DNA from: Bacteroidaceae bacterium
GTDB taxonomy: Bacteria; Actinomycetota; Coriobacteriia; Coriobacteriales; CADBOM01
Direction: 5' to 3'
DNA length: 64,000 bases
NCBI GenBank assembly: GCA_963624975.1
Contig: CAVFRF010000046.1
Location: 2,923-66,922 of the forward strand
Shown here: in pieces, positions 1-8,425 of the stretch
Layout: every line of letters begins with the position of its first letter
How positions within the stretch are numbered: the first letter of the stretch is position 1
Position numbers and translations under genes: made by a program
The notes under the pieces: generated by a model
Databases searched by the model: none
Told to the model about the DNA's origin: nothing
The model's input: only the letters and a program-made list of their open reading frames with translations

Positions 1-209
1 ATGGCTCCGCACGAGAGCTTCACTACCACCTGGTCTGCCAGGCTCTCGGCAGTCTTGCGGCTGTTGAGCTTTCCGGATGCCACGAACGCCTTCTCGATCG
101 CGTCCACGATCTTGGTCTTGTCGAACGGAGCAGCTCTGCCGTCCCTCTTGATGATGCTATCGACCACGTAGGTGGTTCCGAAAGTTGGGCGCACTTCCCT
201 ATCCCTCAT
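1..209 (-). CDS. Ribonucleotide reductase, N-terminal ATP-cone fragment (gene continues beyond window start)
   Basis: The reverse-strand ORF from ATG at 209 reads MRDREVRPTFGTTYVVDSIIKRDGRAAPFDKTKIVDAIEKAFVASGKLNSRKTAESLADQVV. The IKRDG..PFD..KI..AIEKAF pattern is the ATP-cone allosteric domain of NrdD/NrdA/NrdJ-type reductases. NrdR boxes lie upstream. The class (possibly anaerobic NrdD) is a guess. This ORF is not in the ORF track because it runs off the edge. Confidence 0.6.
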   Translation of the reverse strand, partial: MRDREVRPTFGTTYVVDSIIKRDGRAAPFDKTKIVDAIEKAFVASGKLNSRKTAESLADQVVVKLSCGA

Positions 210-334
210 CGCTAGGCTCCTTCTTCTGCCGTCGGGTCAACACAACGCCTCTAGGGGTGAAGAGGCGTTTTGATTCCGGATTTACAATATCTTGCGTCTT
301 TGCGAAGACCTCTGCAGTTGCGCTATGTTTCAAA

Positions 335-382
335 ACACAATATATTGTGTTTTGCCTTCGCTTGATGCAATACATATGGTAT
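335..382. promoter_or_regulatory. Tandem NrdR boxes upstream of the RNR gene
   Basis: Box 1, ACACAATATATTGTGT (335-350), is a perfect 16-bp palindrome matching the published NrdR-box consensus acaCwAtATaTwGtgt. Box 2, GCAATACATATGGTAT (367-382), matches 11/16. The centre-to-centre distance is 32 bp, the usual tandem spacing. The boxes overlap a possible TTGCAT/CAATAT promoter on the minus strand. Confidence 0.6.
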
Positions 383-539
383 CTTCTTAAGCCGCTTAAA
401 GTTTCGAGAAATCGTGCGAAGTGCCTTGTCAGTTTTGACGAAATTGCCTCGCCGCAAGCAAACCACGCGGTAGCAAGCCCATCGTTCGACGAGTGCCGAA
501 GAAGGAATTTTGGCGAACGGCTTCGAGTGCCGATGAAGG

Positions 540-1565
540 CTACACTCGGGCGTGAGGGTGGTCCTTGTGCTCCACCTCGGACAGGATCGAGAGATACGAA
601 TCCACGCGGCGCTGGGTCAGCTCGCCGGACCGCACCGCGGCGGCCACCTCGCAGCCGGGCTCGCCCGAATGGCGGCAGTCCCGGAACTTGCAGCACGCGG
701 CCAGCTCCTGGATGTCGGGGAAGGCCATCTCCACGCCTGTGCGCGAACCCGTGAGCAGAAACGAGCGCAGGCCCGGCGAGTCGATGAGAAGGCCTCCGCC
801 CGGAAGCACCACCATCCTGCGCGATATCGTGGTGTGGCGGCCCTTGCCGTCCTTCTCGCGCACCTCGCCCGTGCGCTGGAGGTCGTCTCCCAGCATGGCG
901 TTCAACAGGCTCGACTTGCCCACTCCCGACTTACCTAGGAGCGCGGCCACGTGCCCGCGCTCCACATGCGATGCGAGCTGCTCGACGCCCTCGCCCGTAG
1001 CGGCCGACTCGGCGATCACCGGCACGTCGCATGCGCTTCTGGCCACGGCCGCCAGAACCTCGGGCAGCTGGCCCTCGGGCAGCTTGTCGGCCTTGCTCAA
1101 CACGACCACGGGGTCGGCTCCGCTCTGATACGCCATGGTGAGCTGGCGCTCCAGATGGCTCAGGCTCGCCAGCGCCTCGGGAGCCGGCAGCACCACGAAC
1201 ACCGTGTCGATGTTGGCGGCCAGCACCTGCTGGCGACCCTTGCGGCCCTTGTCGGGGCGCGAAAGCATGTTCCTGCGTGGCAGCACGGCCGAGATCACCG
1301 CGTTCTCGTGCCCCTCGGGAAAGTCGACCACGACCCAGTCGCCTATGGCGGCCAGCGTCTCGGAGCCCTTCACGAGCTTCGCCGTGTGCTCGGCCCTGTA
1401 GCTGCCGCCTTCCACGCACACTAGCGGAAGGCTCCGGTCGAGCTGCACCACACGCCCCAGCACGCGTTCGCCCTCAACCGGGGCAAGGCCGGTGCACGCG
1501 GCCTCGAAGTCGGACTCGACCTCGGCAGGCACGTGCAGCGATTCGAAACTCGGAACTCCCGCCAT
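540..1565 (-). CDS. rsgA: Ribosome small-subunit-dependent GTPase A (RsgA/YjeQ)
   Basis: 341-aa ORF with a P-loop (GKSGVGKSSLLN) in the circularly permuted GTPase order and a C-terminal zinc knuckle (CKFRDCRHSGEPGC) typical of RsgA. Confidence 0.9.
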   Translation of the reverse strand: MAGVPSFESLHVPAEVESDFEAACTGLAPVEGERVLGRVVQLDRSLPLVCVEGGSYRAEHTAKLVKGSETLAAIGDWVVVDFPEGHENAVISAVLPRRNMLSRPDKGRKGRQQVLAANIDTVFVVLPAPEALASLSHLERQLTMAYQSGADPVVVLSKADKLPEGQLPEVLAAVARSACDVPVIAESAATGEGVEQLASHVERGHVAALLGKSGVGKSSLLNAMLGDDLQRTGEVREKDGKGRHTTISRRMVVLPGGGLLIDSPGLRSFLLTGSRTGVEMAFPDIQELAACCKFRDCRHSGEPGCEVAAAVRSGELTQRRVDSYLSILSEVEHKDHPHARV

Positions 1566-1568
1566 GCG

Positions 1569-2225
1569 CTACCTCAACCGCTCCGTGAGACGCCAGTACA
1601 GCACGCCCAGGCTCAGGCCCAGCACCAATATCGCGATGGCCACGAAGAACTTGAACGTATCGATCTCGTGCACTGCCGCGGAGCCGTCGGTGGTCATCTC
1701 CACCGAAGCCGCATGCACGTCGATGTCGCCGTCGTGCTCGGGGCAGTCCACATGGAAGGTGCCGCTCACGGTGATGATGTCGCCTATCTCGCCGTAGCGC
1801 CCGTAATGCTGAATGTTGTCGGCTTCGGCCACGCTCATGTAGATTCCGATGGCCGAACCGTCCTGCGAGATGGAGATCCAGCGGTGCTCGGAGTCGGCGA
1901 CTATGGCCTCGCCCACCACCTCGCCGGTAACGATTACCATTTTGCCGTCCATGTTCTCGTCCACGTTGATGAGGTCGCGTATCGAATCCTGGCCGTCGGT
2001 GCCGAAGATGTACTGCGACTCGATGGCCTGAAGCTCTCCCACGTTGCCCACCGCCAGGGTGTCGGCCTCGTTCTGAGTGGTCTCCGGGGCCTCCTCGGCA
2101 TATGCGGCCGTCGGCAACGCGACCCCGGCCGACAAAGCGACCGCCGCGGTCAGCAGCGCAGCCGGCGCGAGCACCAGCACCGCTCTCAAGCGGCGGCACA
2201 GTCTATGCACGCAAGCCTTCGTCAT
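1569..2225 (-). CDS. Hypothetical exported/membrane-anchored protein (weak OB-fold-like core)
   Basis: 218-aa ORF whose ATG overlaps the trkH stop (ATGA). It has an N-terminal signal-like segment ending AAYA and a C-terminal TM helix (FFVAIAILVLGLSLGVLYW). No motif could be assigned. Confidence 0.5.
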   Translation of the reverse strand: MTKACVHRLCRRLRAVLVLAPAALLTAAVALSAGVALPTAAYAEEAPETTQNEADTLAVGNVGELQAIESQYIFGTDGQDSIRDLINVDENMDGKMVIVTGEVVGEAIVADSEHRWISISQDGSAIGIYMSVAEADNIQHYGRYGEIGDIITVSGTFHVDCPEHDGDIDVHAASVEMTTDGSAAVHEIDTFKFFVAIAILVLGLSLGVLYWRLTERLR

Positions 2226-3748
2226 CTCGCAGCCGACCTCCTCCCCACCGGCCTAAGCGACGCGATGAGCGCGGCGATCGTGGCCATCACCGACAGGAAT
2301 TCCAGACGGCCCAGCCACATCTGCACGAAGTAGGTGATCTTGAGCGCAAGTGGCGCGGTCGAAGAGGCCAGCCCCATGGTGAGGCCGTTGTTGGACGTGG
2401 CCGAGATTGATTCGAAGAGCGCCTGGTCGCCACGGTACCCGCAGGCCACGCCCACGAACATGCCCACCATGAACGACGCGATGTAGAGCACCAGTATCAC
2501 GGCTGCCACGCGCACGGCGCTCTGCTTGAGGGGCTTCTTGCCCAGGTTCTCGTAGGTGGGCACCATCTTGGCGGAGTCGGGCGAAAGCACCTGCTTGACC
2601 TGCGTGACGAGATCCTTGGCCAGGATGCCCAGCCTTATGACCTTCATGCCGCCCGCCATCGACTCCGACATTCCGCCCACGGCCATGGCGCACGCCAGCA
2701 TCATGAACGCGCCCATCGACACGAGGTTGCCCAGCTGGGTGGGCGTGAGGTCCGAAAATCCACAGCTGGTGGCGGCCGACACCAGGGTAAACACTCCCTT
2801 GCGCATCAGCGTGCCCAGGTCGATGAAGTGGTTGCCCACCAGCAGCATCGTGAGAAAACCCGCCAGCACGGCCAGCATCCACACGGCATAGACCCTAAGC
2901 TCGTAGTTCTTGAAGAAGTCCGACAGGTGCCCCTTGAACGCGCGGATGAACAGCGCGAGGCTGATGGAGCCTATGAGCATAATGACCATGAGCATGACCT
3001 CGAGCACCCAGCTGTGGTAATAGGTGACGCCCATGGAGTTGACGGTAAAGCCGCCGGTCACGTATGCGGCGATGGTGGTGCCGATGCCGTGGAACAGCGC
3101 CATCTTGGGCGAGATGCCCTTCACGGCCAGCACGATCGCGCAGGCGATGCCGCCCACCAGCACCACGATGATCGAGAAACCGCCGATGAACCTCACCGTC
3201 TGCTTGATCTCGGGCATCACGTGGTCGTGGCGTCCTTCGGCGTAGTAGAGCGACGCCCTGCTGCCGCTGCGCACGAACGCGCCGATCGACAGCGCCACCA
3301 CCACGATGCCCTGGCCGCCGATGAACTGCAGCACGAACCTCCACATGATGTCGGACAGCGACATGTGCTCGATGTCGACGCACAGCGAAAACCCGGTGGT
3401 GGTAAAGCTCGACATGCCCTCGAACACGCTGTCGAAGTAGCTGCTGTAGTGTCCCGACAGGTAGAGCGGGATTGCGGCGAAAAGCGAGCACACCAGCCAT
3501 GCCAGCGCGGTGATCACCACAGCCTGGCGGCGCTTGAGGTTGGCGATGTTGATCTTGCACATGCACATCGCGAAGCCCGCTGCAAACGATGCGCCGATGC
3601 CGATCGTGTAGTTCACGGCGATCACGGTGTTGCGCTGCACGAGGGCTATGGCCAGCGGGATGAGCATCGCAATGCCGGTGAACACCACCAGGTAACCCAG
3701 ATAGTGAAAGACTATGCGGAAGTCCTCTGCTTTCAGACGTGGCCACAT
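2222..3748 (-). CDS. trkH: TrkH/KtrB-family potassium uptake membrane protein
   Basis: 508-aa polytopic ORF with repeated pore-loop glycine motifs (TTTGFS, GGQGIV, VTGGFT, SCGFS, SNNGLT) characteristic of the TrkH/KtrB superfamily. No trkA is adjacent. Confidence 0.85.
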   Translation of the reverse strand: MWPRLKAEDFRIVFHYLGYLVVFTGIAMLIPLAIALVQRNTVIAVNYTIGIGASFAAGFAMCMCKINIANLKRRQAVVITALAWLVCSLFAAIPLYLSGHYSSYFDSVFEGMSSFTTTGFSLCVDIEHMSLSDIMWRFVLQFIGGQGIVVVALSIGAFVRSGSRASLYYAEGRHDHVMPEIKQTVRFIGGFSIIVVLVGGIACAIVLAVKGISPKMALFHGIGTTIAAYVTGGFTVNSMGVTYYHSWVLEVMLMVIMLIGSISLALFIRAFKGHLSDFFKNYELRVYAVWMLAVLAGFLTMLLVGNHFIDLGTLMRKGVFTLVSAATSCGFSDLTPTQLGNLVSMGAFMMLACAMAVGGMSESMAGGMKVIRLGILAKDLVTQVKQVLSPDSAKMVPTYENLGKKPLKQSAVRVAAVILVLYIASFMVGMFVGVACGYRGDQALFESISATSNNGLTMGLASSTAPLALKITYFVQMWLGRLEFLSVMATIAALIASLRPVGRRSAAR

Positions 3749-3752
3749 AGCG

Positions 3753-3890
3753 CTACCCCAGCAATGCCTTCAGGATCATGGCGATCGCGTACATCACGCC
3801 GATGAACAGCAGCAACGTGAGCATCACGGTGGAGATGCCCCGGGCAAATCCCCTCGCCTTGTTGCGGTCTATGTGCTTCTTCGCGTCCAT
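3753..3890 (-). CDS. Possible small single-TM membrane protein (45 aa)
   Basis: An internal ATG at 3890 gives MDAKKHIDRNKARGFARGISTVMLTLLLFIGVMYAIAMILKALLG, with AGGAGA about 12 nt upstream. It fills the gap between punA and trkH. Only its hydrophobic-helix logic supports it. Confidence 0.3.
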   Translation of the reverse strand: MDAKKHIDRNKARGFARGISTVMLTLLLFIGVMYAIAMILKALLG

Positions 3891-3925
3891 GTCGCCAGTC
3901 CGTCTCCTGCAAGCCCCGCCGGGAG

Positions 3926-4738
3926 CTACGAGAGCGCAGCCTCCATGATCTTGCCGAGTCTCACGGCTACATCGTCCTTGAGCGTGTTGATGTCGTCGGC
4001 CGAGATCTTCTCGGGCAGGATGCCCGCCGCCATGTTGGTTACGAGCGAGATGCCGAAGACCTCCATGCCGCAGGAGCTGGCCGCGATGACCTCGGGCACG
4101 GTGGACATTCCCACGAGGTCGGCGCCCATGGTCCTGAACGCGCGGATCTCGGCAGGAGTCTCGAACGAAGGGCCGGCCACGGCGATGTACACTCCCTCGG
4201 CAAGCTCCACGCCAGCCTGAGCGGCAGCGGCCTTGGCCTTGGCGCGCATCTCGTGCGAGTACGCGAACGTCATGTCGGGATGTGGCACGCCGAGCCTGCT
4301 GTCGATGCCCATGGAGATGGGGTTTTGCCCCATGAGGTTGATGTGGTCGGAGATGAGGACGAAGTCCTCGACCTTGTAGCCGGTGTTGATGGCACCGGCC
4401 GCATTGGTGACGATGAGCTTCTCGACCCCGAGGAGCTTCATCACGAAGACGGGGAAGGCCACATCGGCTGCGGTGTAGCCCTCGTAGGTGTGGATGCGAC
4501 CCTGCATGCAGATTGTGGGCTGCCCCGCGAAGCTTCCCAGCACGAACTTGCCGGGGTGGGCGGGGTTGGTGGAGGCCTTCATGCCGGGCACCTCGTCGAA
4601 CGCGATGGTGCAATCGACCTGCATGCTGTCCACTGCGGCAGCCAGTCCGGTGCCGAGGATGATGCCCAGCTTGGGGCTGGTCGCACAACGCTGCGCTATG
4701 TAGCTGCTGGCCTTCTCGGCCTCCCCGTAGTTCACCAT
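3926..4738 (-). CDS. punA: Purine nucleoside phosphorylase (PunA-type, PNP/MTAP family)
   Basis: 270 aa with family motifs GIILGTGL, HPGKFVLG, MQGRIHTYEGY, VTNAAGA and GMSTVPEVI. Confidence 0.85.
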   Translation of the reverse strand: MVNYGEAEKASSYIAQRCATSPKLGIILGTGLAAAVDSMQVDCTIAFDEVPGMKASTNPAHPGKFVLGSFAGQPTICMQGRIHTYEGYTAADVAFPVFVMKLLGVEKLIVTNAAGAINTGYKVEDFVLISDHINLMGQNPISMGIDSRLGVPHPDMTFAYSHEMRAKAKAAAAQAGVELAEGVYIAVAGPSFETPAEIRAFRTMGADLVGMSTVPEVIAASSCGMEVFGISLVTNMAAGILPEKISADDINTLKDDVAVRLGKIMEAALS

Positions 4739-4828
4739 CTAACCCGCACCTCTCTCTGCGATCCGCGCATCTAGCTCAGAACCGGCCGTTCCCATGCACC
4801 AGAACATCGCCGGTCAAGCCCATCAATA

Positions 4829-7800
4829 CTAGCACTCTGCGGGCGAGATGGTGCTCGTCAACGCGCCCGCTATCGTTTTCTCGATTATTGGCAGCTGCGA
4901 CCTGTCGTATTGGTAGGACACCGTCTGCGGCTCGCCCTTGCTGTTGATCATCTCGACGCGCACGAACACCAGCTCCACGCTCTGCGCCCACGACGACAGC
5001 AGCGCGTAGGCATAGCACATCGACTGCAGCAGGTGCTTCTCGTGCAGGGCCGATGCCGACTCCTTGGAAGAGCCGCCGGTCTTGTAGTCCACCACGAACG
5101 CCTCGTCGCCGCCATCGTTGGAGCACAGCAGGTCGATCTCGCCGTTGATGAAGAGCGGTTCGGCGGAAGCGGCCTCCCCCGCACTGGCAACATCGCCCTC
5201 GTCCGCAGCCACGCCGTCGTCCGGTGCGGAGAACTCCATGCAGAACGGCACCTCGGCCTGAACGTTGGTGTACTTGGCGGCCCGCCTGGCAGCACTGCAT
5301 CCGCACCAGCAGTCCAGCGCGCGCATATAGCGCGTCTGCTGATTCTGCGACAGCCCATAGCGCGACACGATGGCCTTCACCCGGGTGGGACCGGGCTTCT
5401 CCACCATGCCCGAACCTGGCGCGTTTCCGCCATGCCCGCCTATCATGCCCGAAAGCGCCATGAACTCGGCGGTCGCATGAAACGCCAGACCCAGCTCGGT
5501 GGCGTTGTCTTCGTCGCCCAGCAGCAGCGCGCCCATATAGTCGTGGTCGTCGGCCTCGGAGTCGCGCACGTTCGGGGTGTGCCCCATGGCAATCGAGCTG
5601 TACGAGAACATCCCGGCAGCCTCGGCGACCCTGCGCTTCTCGATCTGCATGTCGTCTCTGGGCACCATGCGCGGAATGCTCGTGGGCACCGGCTCCTTGG
5701 GAGCCTCGGCAACCTCCACCTGCTCGCCCTCGCATAGCACCTCGCCCGTCTCCACGTCGGTCGAGAGGTTGCATGCCTTGTAGCGTCCGGTCAGCCCCTC
5801 CCCATACGAGAAGCTGCCGCTCGTCTCGGGGTATTCCAGCACGTTGCCATCGCTGCTGGCTGTCTCCGAACCGCTTCCAAAGAACGCCCTGCACATGTCT
5901 TCCGATATGGATTCCTCGGCAACTCCCGTGCTCGAGATGTGATAGGGAGTGCACACCACGAGCGCCTCGGATGCCCTGGTGAGGGCCACGTAGAACTTGC
6001 GCTTCTCCTCGCCCAGCTCCTCCTTGGCGATGAACGACCTCACGCAGTTCTCGAACTCCGCACGGTTGGAGAGCTTGCCAACGTCGTCGATGGCACATGC
6101 CTCCGAGCTGTCTGCGCATTTAGCCACCGCTTTCTTGAAGTTGTCGTACTCCGACAACGACGCGCTGGGCCGCAGGAGCGCGAAGGTCTTGCCACGATAC
6201 GACTTGCAGCAAAACGCCGACGCCTTGAAGTCCTTCTCGAACTCTGCGACCGCCACCACGGGAAACTCGAGCCCCTTGGACGCGTGGATTGTCATGATGC
6301 GCACGGCTTCGGAATCGCCCGACATCAGCACGCCGGGTCCTTCCTTGCCGCCGTTGCTCACCATCTCGAGAAACGAATCGGCCACGCAGGCGATGCCGTG
6401 GTTGCGGTCGCGCTCGAAATCCTCGACGAATCCGATGGCCTTGAGCAGGTTGGCGCATGCCGACGTGCCCTGGGCACCCTGCGCGCGCAGCCTGTCCATG
6501 TATCCCGAGTCGGAGAGCATCTGCGACACTATGGTGCTCACGGGCTGGGTGCCGATGCGCGCCACGCCATCGTCCACGAGGCTGGCCAGCAGCTGCAGCT
6601 CGGGCAGCGAGCTTTCGTCTATTGCGGAAAACCCGCGGTCCAGCCTCGTCTTAAGCCCCTCGTGCGAGCACACCACATCTACCAGCGAGCTATCGCCTGT
6701 GGACACCAGCCCCAGCGCCAGCAAGTCGTAGATGCACGTCGTGTCGTAGGGGTTGGCCAGCACGTCCAGCATCGCCGCAACGAGTTTGCACTCGTTGCTC
6801 TTCCAGAAGCCCGAGCCTCCGGCTACCACGACCTCGAAGCCCTCGGCCCTGAGCGCGTTGGCATATATCTCCACGTTGGACATCACGCCGAGCAGCAGCA
6901 CCATGTCGCCGGGATTGCAACCGTTTTCGCGATAGCAGGCAAACTCGCGCGCGATCGCTGCCGCCTCGTACTGCCTCATCGTGGCGGAGTCGACCCCCTC
7001 GGGCGTATATCTCTTGTTTCTCTTCTTGCCTCGCACCGCCACGAGCTGCGCACGGGGGATGCCGTAGTCGCGGTCTTTGGAATGCGGCCTGCCCTCGTGC
7101 AGGTACAGGAACCTGTTGCCAAACACCCGGGGCTGCTCGAAGATGCGGTTGGCAAATTCCAGCACGCCGCCGTTGGAACGGAAGTTGGTCTCGAGCTTTA
7201 CCGGCTCGGCTCCCGAATCGGCGATGAACTTGTCGTACACATTCACATCGGCTCCGCGGAAGCCATAGATGGACTGCTGCGCGTCGCCCACCGTGCACAG
7301 CTGCGCGTCGTCGCCGGTGATTAGCGAGATGATGTCGATCTGCAGCTGCGAGGTGTCCTGGAACTCGTCTACCATGAGCAGCTTGAACTGCGCCTTGTAT
7401 TCGTCGGCCACCTCGGGATGGCTGGCCAGCAGCTTGTATGCCAGCACCATGAGGTCGTCGTTGTCGAGCCAGCCCTCGGCAGCCTTGAAGTCGTCGTAGA
7501 TCTGCTTCACGCTCTTCGACAGCTCGATTGCCTCCTGCATCAGCTCATACGACCTGAACGACTTCAAGTCGCTGCAAGCCTGCTGCCATGCCGCCACATC
7601 GTCGCCAAATCTCTCCACGATACCGGGATAGTCCTTGGCCTTCATGCCGGCGATCGTGCAGTTCAGCGTCTTGGCCAGGGTCTGAAAGTCCACATCTCCC
7701 GCTTTGATGACCTGCTGCAGGCTCTCTAGCAGCTGCTGTCTGGTCAGAACGCCTTTCTTGAAATTGACGGTCTGGCAATCGCAGTCCTCGTAGATCTTGA

Positions 7801-8425
7801 GCGACTCCTCGAGCCGTCGGGCAAGACCGCCGACGATATCGTCCAGCTGTTCTGGCTCGGGGCCGATGTCTATCGAATCGAACCCGTCGGGCGACGACTT
7901 CGCGGCGCATATGAGACTCGACACGATGTCGGACACCCCGGTGCCGAACGACCCCTTCGCATCGACCCTGAAGTCGAAGAACAGCCCATCTCGCAAGTCC
8001 TGCTTTCTGGCCTGCGCTATCGAGACCTCGATCGCCTGGTCGAGCAGCCTCTTGCCCTCCTGCTCGTCGATGATGCGAAACCCCGGGTCCACCCCGGCTT
8101 CGAGGGCATGCGCCTTGAGGATCCTCGAGCACATGCCGTGGATCGTGGAAATCCAGGCACCGTCGACCAGCAGCGCCTGCGAGTGCATCCCCGCGGCCCT
8201 GAGCGTGGACCTGACCCTAGCCATGATCTCGCCCGCAGCCTTCTTGGTAAAGGTGATGGCCAGCACCTGGTCGATGCTGTCGATCATGCCGTGCTGCATC
8301 ATCCAGCAGATCTTCTGGGTGATGGTGAACGTCTTGCCGGTTCCGGCTGCGGCGGAGACCACCAGCCTCTTGTCGGTGGACTCGATGCACTTGCGTTGCG
8401 CATCGGTGTAGTTTGCAGCCATCAT
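4829..8425 (-). CDS. addA: ATP-dependent helicase/nuclease subunit A (AddA-like, UvrD/Rep SF1 helicase plus C-terminal nuclease)
   Basis: Walker A (AAAGTGKT), DEFQDTS, and a C-terminal PD-(D/E)xK block (IDLL...VVDYKTG). The start is set at ATG 8425, which forms an ATGA overlap with the addB stop and has GAGGAGG upstream. The track ORF extends to 8467. Confidence 0.85.
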   Translation of the reverse strand: MMAANYTDAQRKCIESTDKRLVVSAAAGTGKTFTITQKICWMMQHGMIDSIDQVLAITFTKKAAGEIMARVRSTLRAAGMHSQALLVDGAWISTIHGMCSRILKAHALEAGVDPGFRIIDEQEGKRLLDQAIEVSIAQARKQDLRDGLFFDFRVDAKGSFGTGVSDIVSSLICAAKSSPDGFDSIDIGPEPEQLDDIVGGLARRLEESLKIYEDCDCQTVNFKKGVLTRQQLLESLQQVIKAGDVDFQTLAKTLNCTIAGMKAKDYPGIVERFGDDVAAWQQACSDLKSFRSYELMQEAIELSKSVKQIYDDFKAAEGWLDNDDLMVLAYKLLASHPEVADEYKAQFKLLMVDEFQDTSQLQIDIISLITGDDAQLCTVGDAQQSIYGFRGADVNVYDKFIADSGAEPVKLETNFRSNGGVLEFANRIFEQPRVFGNRFLYLHEGRPHSKDRDYGIPRAQLVAVRGKKRNKRYTPEGVDSATMRQYEAAAIAREFACYRENGCNPGDMVLLLGVMSNVEIYANALRAEGFEVVVAGGSGFWKSNECKLVAAMLDVLANPYDTTCIYDLLALGLVSTGDSSLVDVVCSHEGLKTRLDRGFSAIDESSLPELQLLASLVDDGVARIGTQPVSTIVSQMLSDSGYMDRLRAQGAQGTSACANLLKAIGFVEDFERDRNHGIACVADSFLEMVSNGGKEGPGVLMSGDSEAVRIMTIHASKGLEFPVVAVAEFEKDFKASAFCCKSYRGKTFALLRPSASLSEYDNFKKAVAKCADSSEACAIDDVGKLSNRAEFENCVRSFIAKEELGEEKRKFYVALTRASEALVVCTPYHISSTGVAEESISEDMCRAFFGSGSETASSDGNVLEYPETSGSFSYGEGLTGRYKACNLSTDVETGEVLCEGEQVEVAEAPKEPVPTSIPRMVPRDDMQIEKRRVAEAAGMFSYSSIAMGHTPNVRDSEADDHDYMGALLLGDEDNATELGLAFHATAEFMALSGMIGGHGGNAPGSGMVEKPGPTRVKAIVSRYGLSQNQQTRYMRALDCWCGCSAARRAAKYTNVQAEVPFCMEFSAPDDGVAADEGDVASAGEAASAEPLFINGEIDLLCSNDGGDEAFVVDYKTGGSSKESASALHEKHLLQSMCYAYALLSSWAQSVELVFVRVEMINSKGEPQTVSYQYDRSQLPIIEKTIAGALTSTISPAEC

